Positions 39,305 to 52,440 of a DNA stretch of 64,000 nucleotides are shown here, one piece after another. Source of the stretch: Heterodontus francisci (taxonomy: Eukaryota); contig NC_090411.1 in assembly GCF_036365525.1 (NCBI RefSeq), positions 27,230,819-27,294,818 on the forward strand, in the 5' to 3' direction. A program made the position numbers and the translations under genes. The notes below the pieces were generated by a model, which saw only the letters and a program-made list of their open reading frames with translations, did no database searches and was not told the origin of the DNA. Every line of letters starts with the position of its first letter. Positions within the stretch are counted from its first letter, which is position 1.

Positions 39305-40241
39305 CTGAGGGAGACAAAGATAAATGATAAATAAAACCAGAAATAAGTTGCAAGTACAGTTGCATAAAACATGCTCCTTTTAATTGTAGGTATAAGTCAG
39401 TGGTGTTCTCTATTATCCTAGTCTACCACCATTCGTACATTCACTCAGTTTAACACCATAAGCAGTGCAACTGCACAACCTCATTAATAGTGTAAATAAG
39501 AAGCCACCAGCAGTGGTACAAGAGTTTGCTGGTTAGGTCAGTACGACATCCAACAGGACTCCAATTAATTTCCTATTATACCATGACATACTATAATGTT
39601 TATCAAACACTGGAACACTATTAGTATCTCTCACTCTTAGACAGGATACAAGAAAAAGACTGGATTCTCTCCTGCGTGCCCCCATCTTCTGCCCTTCCTT
39701 TCCCCTTCAAAACAATTTACCTATGCTCCTCAGCTTACATTCCCATGTTCCTTCCAAGCTGCATAATGAACCATCTTAAAATACAGTTATCCTCCCCTCC
39801 GCATCTTCAACGTGTTGAAATCGAGACTGGTCACTCCATCTCTTACACTAACTCATTCTTTTTCAGCTTCTCAAAACTGTGGAACTGCCTCCCTCTGTCT
39901 TTCCAATTTCCTACTATCTACTGGCTTTTAAAGACAATTGCGGCATCACATAAAGCATCAGCTTTACTCCATCTTTCTTTTCACTCCTTTGAATCTTGTC
40001 GGTATCCAACTCGAGGGGCTCTAGAATCTAGAACTCTAGAATCTCAATAGCAAAAGACTTGATTTTTTCCACAAATGGTTTACAAAGCTGGTGCACCATT
40101 TGATTCTCTCGTCACCAGAGAGAATACTTTTCTGCAAACTTGGTCATGGCCACAGTGTCTTTCATTTGGATATGCTTCTCCATTTTATTGTAATTTTCTT
40201 GATCTCACTGTTTCCATCCTCCAAGTTCAGCTAAGTTAACC

Positions 40242-40995
40242 TAGGGGTTGCCAAGCTTCCAGGACTGGCCTACAGTCTCCAAGAATTAAAGATTAATCTC
40301 CAGGACACTGCTGTGAGCAAACCCAGGGAAATTAAAAAAAAAAAATCATAGGGGCAATAAAATTAGGTTTAAAAAATGTATTGTTTATTAGTAATAAAAA
40401 TGTGAGATGGTGAAAAAGGCTGTTACACTCAAAAACCATCTAATCGGGTAATGAAGAGTCTATTTGCCGCACTGTGGGCGGCACAGTGGCGCAGTGGTTA
40501 GCACCGCAGCCTCACAGCTCCAGCGACCCGGGTTCAATTCTGGGTACTGCCTGTGTGGAGTTTGCAAGTTCTCCCTGTGTCTGCGTGGGGGTTTCCTCCG
40601 GTGCTCCAGTTTCCTCCCACAGCCAAAAGACTTGCAGGTTGACAGGTAAATTGGCCATTATAAATTGCCCCTAGTATACGTAGGTGGTAGGGGAATATCG
40701 GGACAGGTGGGGATGTGGTAGGAATATGGGATTAGTGTAGGATTAGTATAAATGGGTGGTTAATGGTCGGCACAGACTCGGTGGGCCAAAGGGCCTGTTT
40801 CAGTGCTGTATCTCTAAAATCTAAAAAATCTAAAAAGAAATCTAAAATCTACTTGCTTTCCGTTTGAGAAGGTTATGTGCCGCGAGTACGGGCGTGTGGG
40901 GTGGCCAATGATAGGAATGTAGGACAGGGCAGTTGGAGCTGGCAGATCATGTGATGACACCTCCAGGAACATGTCCAATAGAGCTGGCAACCACT
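40242..40995. mobile_element. Same MITE family, interrupted by the HE1-like SINE
   Basis: taggggttgccaag ... gctggcaaccact termini; the two halves align colinearly with 12901-13274 on either side of the SINE. Confidence 0.65.
40476..40850 (+). mobile_element. tRNA-derived SINE, HE1-like (shark V-SINE type)
   Basis: Pol III A box tggcgcagtgg, B box ggttcaattc, central tgtgtggagtttgca..ttctccc domain, CR1-like 3' end gggccaaagggcctgtttcagtgctgtatctct and (tctaaaa)n tail. Confidence 0.88.
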
Positions 40996-42395
40996 GCCTT
41001 ATCCAGTCCCCTTTTGTAGCCACTTTCCCCCTACGATTATTAGTTCCCTCTATCGTAGTTAGTTCCTCCTCAACCGTCTCTCCATTACAATAATCCATTC
41101 CTGATGTGAGATTACACATAAACAGAAGCAAACTTTCCATACAACCAAAATGACCCATGTCAGACATGTTACATGCACAGCATTCCAACTCCAAAAAAAA
41201 CAAATACAGAAGCAGAAAATATCTAATTCTGAAAACTATGCATTTTTTTTTTACACAATATAAAAATAAATAAGGGATCATGTGAAAACAATGTTGTTGA
41301 AATTGAGAGTTCAGTGTTTGAAGCCAAATCTTTGTTTTCCATGGTGCCGTGCACTGGCGCTCCCTGAAGCAAAAGCACAAAAATGCACTTTAAAGCAAAA
41401 CGGACAAACTCCGGCTGTTCTGTTCACTTCGTTGCACAAGGTCGCTATAGCAGCATAAGCAGGAGTCTTTTCCACTCTGCCACTCAGGAAATAACGTGGC
41501 GGGGTTGGGAGAAGACGGAAATCAAAAGCGCAGGTTTACAAAACAAATTAAAATTTACTTTTAAGACTCTTACATCAACTGCTTTTTGAGCAAAACTGAA
41601 AATGCCACAATGTCAGAGGCAAAACATCTAATACACTTCCACCCAATAGGGTCAAATGCAATCTTCATAAAACAGCAACAAATGACACCCAAACAGGAAG
41701 GGGTATCAATAAGCATATACCAAGTAGTTACGAAAACCAATAAAACAATTAGCAAGGAAAAGAGCGAAACAATGAAATCTCTATAAAAAAAAATCTGTTC
41801 TCAAAATCCCTTCAGGTACCAATTTGATTTGCCAGTTACATCATTAATATTATTCTATTCGCACTAAAAACACACACAAAGTTACATCATTAATATTATT
41901 CTATCAGTCTATCAGCTCTCAGCTACCCTGAATGGAGGGTCATCCAGGTATTTACTAGTGTCACCCTGTAAAGTACTTGAATGGTTTCTAATTCCCAGAG
42001 TGCACGCATTACTGTTCTTATTCAGAGTCTAATGACCATCAGCCCACTGTAGAGCTGTGGGGTAGGGGAGGTGGGGGGGCGGGGGGAAAAGAGGTGGGCA
42101 GAGGGGAGCAGTGGAGGGGAGAAAACGTGCCAGAACATTTCTTTTTCACATCTAGCAGGACTGCACATTCACAGAATCCCATTGCCACTCCAGGTGATGG
42201 AGAAAGACTGACAGAACTAAACCCAGGGAAACAATTATGGGCTTGTAATCAAGAAGATCAACACGATCCAGGAAAAAGCAATCTGCTTGATTGGTACCCC
42301 ATTCACCATCTTAAAAAATCCACTTCTTCCATTACTGGCATACCATGGCTGCAGCGTCCATTGCAGCAAGTCGCCAAGGCCTCCACTACCTTAAG

Positions 42396-43327
42396 GAACA
42401 TAGAACACAGAACAGTACAGCACAGTACAGGCCCTTCGGCCGACAATGTTGTGCCGAACCTTTAACCTACTCTAAGATCAAACTAACTACCTACACTTCA
42501 TTCTACTATCATCCATGCACCTATCCAAGAGTCGCTTAAATGTCCCTAATGTATCTGCTTCTACTACCACCGCTGGCAGCGCATTCCACGCACCCACCAC
42601 TCTCTGTGTAAAGAACCTACCTCTGACATCTCCCCGAAACCTTCCTCCAATCACCCTAAAATTATGCCCCCTGGTGATAGCCCTTTCCACCCTGGGAAAA
42701 AGTCTCTGGCTATCCACTCTATCTATGCCTCTCATCATCTTGTACCCCTCTATCAAGTCACCTCTCATCTTTCTTCGCTCCAATGAGAAAAGCCCTAGCT
42801 TCCTCAATCTTTCTTCGTAAGACTTGCCCTCCAGTCCAGGCAGCATCCTGGTAAATCTCCTCTGCACCCTCTCTAAAGCTTCCACATCCTTCCCATAATG
42901 AGGCGACCAGAACTGAACACAATATTCCAAGTGTGGTCAAACCAGGGCCTTATTGAGCTGCAGCATAACCTCGCAGCTGTTAAACTCAATCCCCCTGTTA
43001 ATGAAAGCCAACACACCATACGCCTTCTTAACAACCCTATCAACTTGGGTGGCAACTTTGAGCAATCTATGGACGTGGACCCCAAGATCCCTCTGTTCCT
43101 CCACACTACCAAGAATCCTGTCTTTAAGCCTGTATTCGGCATTCAAATTCAACCTTCCAAAATGAATCACTTCACACTTTTCCAGGTTGAACTCCATCTG
43201 CCACTTCTCAGCCCAGCTCTGCATCCTGTCAATGTCCCGTTGCAACCTACAACAGCCTTCCACACTATCCACAACTCCAGCAACCTTCGTGTCATCGGCA
43301 AACTTGCTAACCCAGCCTTCCACTTCC
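42396..43327 (-). mobile_element. CR1-clade LINE 3' fragment
   Basis: ORFs 42937..43356 (SKFADDTK) and 42487..42930 (EYCVQFWSP); tail (agaacat/agaacac)n on +. Confidence 0.92.
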
Positions 43328-44927
43328 TCATAGGCTGCAAGTGCCTGAGAATCCATAACCTAAAGTTCCCCTCCAAGTCACACACCATCCTGACTGGACA
43401 TATATTTGCTGTTTCTTCATTTGTCACTGGGTCAAAATCCTGGAACTCCCTACCTAACAGCACAGCCTTCACCACATGGACTATATTGGTTAAAGAAGGC
43501 AACTCACTACCTTCCCAAGGGAAACTAATGATGGGCAATAAATGTCAGCCTTGCTCATATCTCAAGGTTTTAAAAAAAAATCTTTGATAGGTAACTGGGT
43601 ATACACAATGGCTTAAAATAAATAATAGGAACAGATGACGTTTTATACAGGACGAACCAACTTTTGCTTCTAGCCTAGGCTCCAGCCTCAGCCCTAGGAC
43701 TCTGCTCGTCCCAATTCCAAGAAAATAGGAAACCATACCCATTTCATCAATTTCAGTTCAGGTCTCACACACTTCTCCATCCATACTTCAACTCATGTTT
43801 TGTCCTACTTCTCATTCCTGGCTCAGTGTTGTATTTCTCACCTGGCTGCTCAGTTCCCTTTGCTCCATTTCCCATTCAACTGCAATGCTCCCTGATCTGT
43901 AACCCTGACTCTCTGTGAGCAACACAACAGGAGTTTTTCCTTTAAAGTGAGGTAGCAATTAAAATTTGATGACTAGGTTTGACAACTTGAATATCCGGAG
44001 CCATTTCTATTATCTCTCCACTCCTGAATGACAAATCCCTTTAATTGTCAGTTATTGCTTTTTCCTATGCGGTCATCTTCTCCAGAAACACACTGATGTC
44101 ATGTGAAAAAATATATACTTTTTGAGAATAAAATGCTAAATTGAGTTAAAGAGGACAAAAAAAAAGAGGGAAAAAATGAGGAAAGATTAAAAAAAGGACA
44201 ACAGAGAAAAGAGGAAAAAAAAGGAAAAGAGGGCGAACAAGTGTGTATGCAAGCATGAGCAAAAGTGAATAAAGACAAAGAGACAGATACCTAGAGCAAA
44301 TTGTTTTCACCTCGCTAACACAAGAGAGTGTGCAGATTTCCCCGGGGCTGTTGCTGCTGTACGAGTTCAGACTTGCTGCATTCCACGATTAATCATCGCT
44401 GTTTGACTCACAGCCCCTCTTTTGTCTACTCCACTGCTTGCTTACTATCAGTTACGAGACAGCACCTGGTCCAAACCTGCCTCACCAGCCAATAACTGCC
44501 TCGGGCAAAGGGATTTATTGACTACCCAGAGGGTTAGGGAATTTTGTAGGAATCGCAAGAAGAGCTGGAGATCAAACCTTTTGCATCTTACAAAGGTCTC
44601 CACCTTGAGGGAATTTGGTTGGTTTAATATAAAAGAATTAATCCTTTTATGTTTTTACAAGTTCATATTTCAAACCATTTGTCACTGAAATTTGCAATTG
44701 CAAGGCACTGTTCCGGAGATGGGACAGTAAACCCTCCCAGTAACTTGTTAGAACGTGGAGATATGCACAACAATATCTTTTAAATTAATTTTCTTTTACT
44801 CATCTCCTTTGAAGGTGATGACTTGTCATGGGATATGGTTCCATAGGCTCCATGTACCTAACCCAGTGGCCATTCTTAACGGGAACCTAAACAGTGAGGA
44901 TCGGCAAGCTATTTAACTGCAGGGTGC

Positions 44928-47203
44928 AGAATGTTATCGGGATAATTTCTTGGCACAATACGTTCTGGAGCCAGAGAACAGGCTATACTAGACCTGGCAT
45001 TGTGCAATGAAATAGGAATAATTAATGACCTCATAGTTAAGGTGTCCCTAGGTAGTAGCAACCATAATATGATTGAATTTTACCTTCAGTTTGAGGGAGA
45101 GAAGAGTGGGTGCAAGGGCAATTATGAGGGCATAAAAGCAGAGCTAGATAAAGTAAACTAGCAAATCAGGTTAAGGAATAGGTCAATAGAGATGCAGTGG
45201 AAGACATTTAAGGGGATATTTCAGAATACACAGAATAGATACATTTCAACGAGAAAGAAAAATTCCAAGGGTGGGACCCACCATCCGTGGTAAACTAAAA
45301 CAGTTAAAGATAGTATCAAACTTAAAGAAAAAGCCTATAATTGCGCAAAGATGGGAGGAAGGTCAGAAGACTGGACAGAATATAAAAAACAGTAAAGTAG
45401 ACAAAGAAAATTAATAAGGAAGGTAATTAGAGTACGAGAGAAAGCTAGCTAGAAATATAAAGAGGGATAGTAAGAGTTTCTATTGTTAAAAAAGAAAAGT
45501 TAACAATGTGTCTGGGGAATTAATAATGGATAAGAAGGAGATGGCAGATGAACGGAACAGATATTTTGCATCGGTCTTCACTATTGAGGATACAAGTAAC
45601 ATCCCTGTATTAGCTGTGAGCCAGGAAATGAAAGGGCGGGAGGAAGTCAAGAAAATTTAAATCGCCAGGGAAGTGGTACTGAACAAATTGTTGGAGCTGT
45701 GGGCTGACAAGTCCCCGGGTCCTGATGGACTTCATCCTAGGGTGTTAAAAGAAGCAGCTAATGAGATAGTTGATGCATTCATTGTAATTTTCCAAAATTC
45801 CCTAGATTTGGGGGAAGATTGGAAAATAGCAAATGTAACTCCTTTATTCAAAAAGCGAGGGAGGCAGAAAGCAGGAAACTACAGGCCAGTTAGCTTAACA
45901 TCTGTCAAAGGGAAAATGTTACAGCAGGGTATCTAGAATAATTCAAGGTAATCAGGCAGAGCCAACATGGTTTTGTGAAAGGGAAATCATGTTAAACCAA
46001 TTTATTGGAGTTTTTTGAGGGAGTAACATGTGCTGTGGATAAAGGAGAACCGGTGGATGTACTGTACTTAGATTTCCAGAAGGCATTTGCTAAGGTGCCA
46101 TATCAAAGGTTATTGCAGAAAATTAAAGCTCATGGTGTAGGTGGTAACATATTGGCATGGATAGAAGATTGGCTAGCTAACAGGAAATAGAGAGTGAGCA
46201 TAATGGGTCATTTTCTGGTTGGCAAGATGTAACGAGTGGTGTGCCACAGGGATCTGTGCTGGGGCCTCAACTTTTTACAATTTATATAAGTGACTTAGAT
46301 GAAGGGATCAAAGGTATGGTTGCCAAATTTGTTAATGACACAAAGATAGGTAGGAAAGTAAGTTGTGAAGAGGACATAACGAGGCTACAAAGGGATATAG
46401 ATAGGTTAAGTGAGTGGGCAAGGACCTGGCAAATGGAGTATAATGTGGGACAGTGGGAAATTGTCCACTTATCTAAATGGTGAGATGCAGAGCGTTCTGG
46501 GTGTCCTAGTGCATGAATTGCAAAAGGTTAGTATGCGGATACAGCACGTAATTAGGAAAGATAATAGAATGTTATCGTTTATCGCGAGGGGAATTGAATG
46601 CAAAAGTAGGGAGGTTATGCTTCAGCTATACAGGGCATTGATGAGACCACATCTGGAGCACTGTGTACAGTACTGGTCTCCTTATTTAAGGAAGGATGTA
46701 AATGCATTGGAGGCAGTACAGAGAAGGTTTACTAGATTAATATCTGGAATGGGTAGGCTTTCTTACGAGGAAAGATTGGACAGGCTAGGCCAGTATCAGC
46801 TGGAGTTTAGAATAGTAAGAGGCAACTTGATTGAAACATAAAAGATCCTGAGGGGTCTTGACAGGGTGGATGTGGAAAGGATATTTCCCCTTGTGGCAAA
46901 ATCTAGAACTAGGGGTCACTGTTTAAAAATTAGGGGTTGCTTATTTAAGACAGAGATGAGGAGAAATTTTTTCTCTCAGGCGGTCGTGAGTCTTTGGAAT
47001 TCTCTTCCTCAGAAGGCGGTGGAAGCAGAGTCTTTGAATATTTTTAAGGCAGAGGTAGATAGATTCTTCATAAGCAAAGGGGTGGAAGGTTATCGGGGAT
47101 AGGTGGAAATGTGGAGTAATCAGTTCAGCCTTGAATATTATTGAATGGCGGTGTAGGCTCGAAGGGCCATGTGGCCTACTCCTGCTCCTAATTCGTATGT
47201 TCA
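44928..47203 (+). mobile_element. Degenerate CR1-clade LINE (end of endonuclease region to 3' tail)
   Basis: Fragmented ORFs with KSPGPDGLHPRVLKE, GNYRPVSLTS, LDFQKAF, PQGSVLGP, HCVQYWSP; many stops and frameshifts. Confidence 0.9.
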
Positions 47204-47640
47204 TATATAGGGGAGTGGGGGGGTAGGGGTTGTGGGGGGGGGGAGGGGAGGCTTCACTGTGAGACTCTGTCTTGTTACCAGGCCTTTCTAGATAATGATA
47301 AGGGGTAGGAACCCTGGCAGATTTTTCTCTTGACTCAGAATGTTGAGGGAGATAATTGTAACCCCACCACAAATGAGATCAGCCATCTGAAAAGACGGGG
47401 ATCGAATTATAAAGCATGTCTGAAGAGCAGATTGACACTGGTGTTAAAATAACGCAAGAGGGAACAAGATGAGAAGTCGTATGAGAGCATTAATTCTAAA
47501 TTCTATCCTATGCCGAGTCTTACACTTTGCTTACTTCAGCGATTCTGAAGATTACACAGAAGTACATGTATGCCTCTGGACCATTTTAAAGCATCGAGAC
47601 ATAAATTTTTTTTAAAATGCAGTATCTGGCAAACTAGTTG

Positions 47641-48146
47641 GTCCTCGAGGCGGCCAACATCCCCAGTTTATACACCCTACTGAGTCAGCGGCGCTTGAGA
47701 TGGCTTGGCCATGTGAGCCGCATGGAAGATGGCAGGATCCCCAAGGACACATTGTACAGCGAGCTCGCCACTGGTATCAGACCCACCAGCCGTCCATGTC
47801 TCCGCTTTAAAGACGTCTGCAAACGCGACATGAAGTCCTGTGACATTGATCACAAGTCGTGGGAGTCAGTTGCCAGCGATCGCCAGAGCTGGCGGGCAGC
47901 CATAAAGGCGGGGCTAAAGTGTGGCGAGTCGAAGAGACTTAGCAGTTGGCAGGAAAAAAGACAGAGGCGCAAGGAGAGAGCCAACTGTGTAACAGCCCCG
48001 ACAAACAATCTTATCTGCAGCACCTGTGGAAGAGTCTGTCACTCTAGTATTGGCCTTTATAGCCACTCCAGGCGCTGCTCCACAAACCACTGACCACCTC
48101 CAGGTGCTTACCCATCGTCTCCCGAGACAAGGAGGCCAAAGAAGAA
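47641..48146 (+). mobile_element. 3' fragment of the same RTE family
   Basis: ORF 47638..48093 is nearly identical to the C-terminus of 62030..63157; gaagaag tail; possible TSD agttggt (47636-47642 / 48146-48152). Confidence 0.92.
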
Positions 48147-48659
48147 GTTGGTGCTGTACACAAAACAGTCCAGTCGAAAGGGATAATTGCGTGCATTGAG
48201 GATACCAGATGTGGTCACCAGCTCACAGCTAGTTTCCCTCATTATGTCATCAGAAATCACTGGTAAACAAACAACTCAGCAAGTAGCTGAACTATATCGG
48301 CCAGAGATGCCACAGTCTACACTGAGTTAATTGATTTCAGTTAGGATGACGATAGAGACATTACAATTAGCCTCAGTACCGCTGGGCTAGGAAGGGGAGA
48401 ATTAACCAGGGTTGCTGCTTCTGATTACTGTCCAGTAACTCTGTGCTGAAGGTAAGTCTATATGGACAGGATGGCCCACTCCAAGTCCAGGACCAAAAAT
48501 GGGCTGATGATCACCAGGCCCACTAAATGTTCAGGGCAAGTTGCTGGCAGATGCCGCACTTCTACAGGCAGCTCACCCTAGGGGAAAAATCAATTTTGGG
48601 CCGTCTGGATATGTTCTGAAATGGGCTGGCGCGGCAACAGCTGGGACAGTTGGTGATCG

Positions 48660-49100
48660 CAAGAACTATGGACATAAGAAATAGAAGCAGGAGTAGGCCA
48701 TACGGTTTCTTGAGCCTGTTCCACCATTCAATAAGATCATGGCTGATCTTCTATATCAACTCCACATTCCCACCCTATCCCCATATCCCTTTGATTCCCT
48801 TACTGCCCAAGAACTTATCAATCTCTATCTTCAATATACTCAACGACTGAGCATCCACAGCCTTCTGGAGTAGAAAATTCCAAAAATTCACAACCCTCTG
48901 AGTGAAGAAATTTCTTGCCATTGCAGTCATAACTGGCCTGCATCCTGAGACTATGATCCCTAGTCCTAGACTCTTCAGGCAGGGGAAACAGTCACTCAGC
49001 ATCTACCCTGTCAAGCACTTAGAATTTTATATGTTTCAAGGAGATCACCTCTCATTCTTCTAAACTTCAAAGAAAACAGGCTCATTTTAGACAACCCAAC
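48660..49100 (-). mobile_element. CR1 LINE 3' fragment
   Basis: cataagaaatagaagcaggagtaggccat tail; ORF 48775..49002 (RNFFTQRVVNFWN). Confidence 0.8.
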
Positions 49101-52100
49101 TGGCTCCGAAGAAAATGCTTTTACGTTAATTGGTTTTTAAATTAAAACGGACCTTTAGTTGGCAGCCGTAGGAGCACCTAAAAATGGACCCACAAATTTA
49201 GCAGTGGAATCAGCACCTGTGCAGATCAGGCACTGGCCATCCCATAGCTAAAAAGATACGCTTTGTGCTGGTTTTATGCCTGAAAGATGGATTCAACACA
49301 CATTTTCTATTCCCAAGTGGCTGCAGCTAGAAAATATTTCAGTAGAGGAAAAGAGGGAAGAAAATTAGTGAAGAAATTAAAAGTCACAAATAAACTACCA
49401 GAAGAAAGGGTGAAGAATAGGGAGTTTTGTAACTGTTTTTAAAAAATAGTTTCCAATGGGTTCGAGAACATACAAGCTAGGCTGGCTGCAGCATGTTAGG
49501 TGGCAACACTGCATTTGAGGAAGGAGGCTGACATAAATTAGTTTGAGTAGTTTCTCAAAATATCTGGAACGTAAGAGGTAGATATTCCAGTTTGTGTCAT
49601 CCTTTATAAGTTAAATATAGGTAAATTACGGCCTGTCGTCACTAGGATTTCATTAAAGCATAACAGGGTGTGTGAAATATTCACAATATGCCCTCTTCAA
49701 CTGTGGAAACGTAACCAATTATAGATTCAGTCAATTCAAATGCAGGCTGTGGGTGGAGAGAGTATTTGAGCTGTATAACACTAGGGTGTCATACTGGTGA
49801 TTATGGATGTTGGGAACAATCTAAGATGAGAATATCACAGAAGAAGCACATTACACAACGTATATTGCATTTTCCTATATGTTAAATAAGACTGGTAATA
49901 CGGAGTAAAATTTGAAAATGGAGGGTGGTTTAATCTGTTGTTTTGGACATTTGTTCTTTGCCTCTGGCAGATGTCATAGCAGACAGGATCCTATAACTTC
50001 AAATAAAAGTTAGTATTGTATCATGCGATTTGAAATATATTCATTTTGGGATTTATATACTCCACATTTTATTGGGTTAACAGCCCATATGAAATACATT
50101 ATACAGATGTAACACACTGGAGGGGATTAGTCTATGTTGTAAAGCTGGTGAATGCATTGAAGCACAAACAGAATCCCTCCAAAATTTTCAAGTATTCAAG
50201 CTGGCATTACAATTTTTCTTTACCACCATCATTATCATCTTAGGAGGAACAAAATCTGGATGGCTAAGCTGCTTTAAACCAATAGATGATTAGGAAATTG
50301 ATCCTGGCAAGTTATGGTGAAGGAAGTAAATACCAGACAACACGAATGAACAATAAGAAAGGAAATCACGTGGAACTTTTCAGCCAACAGATAATGGCAT
50401 TATTGAATAAGTTACCAGGGAAGGTCATTGCAGTAGATAACATAGACAGTTAGATAAGTTCTGGAAAGCAAAGGGACAGACAGATATAGTGAGATTGCAG
50501 GTAGATGGGATTGATCACTGAAAAAATGATAGGCTTATTGGGCCCAATGGTTTTCCCATTTCTTATGTAAGGCCTTATTCGGCCAGTTTAACTGAGTTAT
50601 CCAACAGGAAAAGAGAGTTTTGCAGAATAGTTTTAGAATAAAAGAGACGTGTCTATCAAGTAAGAAATTACTTTCAGCAATACGACAAGGTATGTGACCT
50701 GCACTTAGCAACTTCTTTTAAAAAGTGTGTACAGTATCATTTAATAAAAATCTTGTTAAAATGTTACTTACACATAGCAACATGCTCATAGATTTGCCAA
50801 AGTTGTTCACTATCTTTTCCCCACCCTTTGTAAACCTGTAATTTTACTAAAATAATTCATGTCTTTGAGCAGAGCAACAAAACACAGGATAGTATACTCT
50901 GGAAACACAGACTCTGGTCAATGTCATGCACTTTACAAACTAATATTCAATATCATACAGCATACAATGGAGTATTGGCAGCAGAAAGGAAGTACTGTGT
51001 ACAATATGAAACAGTATACAAATATCCCGTTAAAAACTATTTGGCATACTTCAAAAAGTGCCAATTAATAGTCATTTTTCCAGATGTTCCAACACTCAGT
51101 TAGTGACTATGGAGAATAGCTGAGCCATACAAACCAAGAAGGTCTCAGGTTCCACTGCAAGTCTGAGTTGATATCAGCCAGGATAGCAGTGTGGATCCTA
51201 CAGCTGGATCCCAGCAATTCTGGTCTAGGAACAGGATAGCTGGCTAAGGCTTCCATTCCTCGTCCCTATCCATTGACCACCCCCACTTGCCGAAAAGTCT
51301 AGTAATTGGACATTAGGATAGAATGAGGCTAAGCTGCAATGCCCTGCATAGTTAAAAAGCATGACTACACTTGCTGTCTAGGCTCATAAATGAAGAGTGG
51401 CTTAATGTCCATGGGATCTATATTCTTACAAGAATTTCTGTTTTCAGGAGACCAGGGAAAACTGGACTGGTAAAAGAAAAATGCTCAAATAATCTTTGTG
51501 TGTCAAACGGCCACAAATCCAGTCACTAACTGAAGCTGTGAACCTACAGACATAACGCTGAACATTTTATTATTATTTTAAACAGTGTTGTCCCCTCCAC
51601 TCTTGATGTCCTGACCACCTTTCAGTATTTGCCCAAGTGGCCACTACTTGCGTTATTCTTGAAAGTGACTGTCAGAAAACTATTCAGCCCAATTTAGTCT
51701 TTAGCTGACATCCTTGCACATACATACACCTTTAGTGTTGATCAGGAACAAGCACCCCAGACGATTTCTCCCACCCAGGTAAAATAACTTGTTTTTTTAA
51801 AAAAAACAAACTTTACTCAGATGGCTGAAAGACGACTATGAAATGCTCAGTGAGACGGTGCACTCACCTGGTGTCAGCATTACTGCATCAGCGAGCACAT
51901 TCTGCATACCTAAAAGACGTGGTCTTGTTGTTTGGGCTGTCCTGATAGTTAACCATTTCAAAATACCCACCAGCAAACACACCTCAGACCATTTAACCAC
52001 TTCTTCCAGCATTACACAAATTTTCAAACTGCATTTTCAACAGATTATCCCCAAATTGCAAGTTTTATTCAGCATGTTACAGTTAAATGGCCAGAAATGA

Positions 52101-52396
52101 AATGGACTATCTCCACCCCCTCATTATACTTCCCTTTTGCTGAAGTAGTTTAAAAAAAAACTGAGAACACAAATAATTTATACATCAAATGACTGAGATT
52201 TCAAGGTTAGGAGACTGTAATACAGAGATATTGAGGCATGAGTGGGGGGGGGGGGGGGGGGTGTTGTTGGGGTAGAAATTTGGATCGCCAAAGATCTGCG
52301 GTCCGATTCAAAGTTCGCAACATCGTGCGCTTGCCCTTTCCAACTCGGCTCTACACTCCCCGGAACAATGCCTTCGTTTCGATTTTACTTTCTTAC

Positions 52397-52440
52397 CTTT
52401 TCTTGTAGCCAAGTGCCTTCCCTACAGCCTGTAGGACCAT
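52397..52440 (-). CDS. MOB2: MOB2-family, first identifiable coding exon (MVLQAVGKALGYKKR)
   Basis: Minus-strand ATG at 52440-52438 in context CRMVLQAVGK, like MOB2 long isoform CKMVLQAVSK. Donor AAG|gtaaga; phase 2 fits the next exon. Confidence 0.85.

Noticed and set aside
40476-40550. tRNA-like sequence with A and B boxes
   Set aside because: It is the head of a SINE, continuing into SINE body and LINE-derived tail; not a tRNA gene.
40814-41380. 188-aa minus-strand ORF with a phase-2 GC donor (AA|gcaagt at 40856) that could be an alternative MOB2 first exon
   Set aside because: Its 3' part (40851-40995) is the right half of a MITE, the donor coincides with a SINE target-site duplication, and the peptide resembles no MOB2 isoform I know.
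42898-43587. 229-aa plus-strand ORF, plus the overlapping ORFs at 16534-17985 and 59666-60442
   Set aside because: Antisense or alternative-frame shadows of CR1 and Tx1 coding sequence.
44291-44480. Unique CpG-containing stretch with an AP-1 site (44404-44410) and a minus-strand phase-2 donor (TAG|gtatct): possible alternative MOB2 5' exon
   Set aside because: Weak donor and no in-frame ATG after the upstream TAA; not supportable without transcript data.
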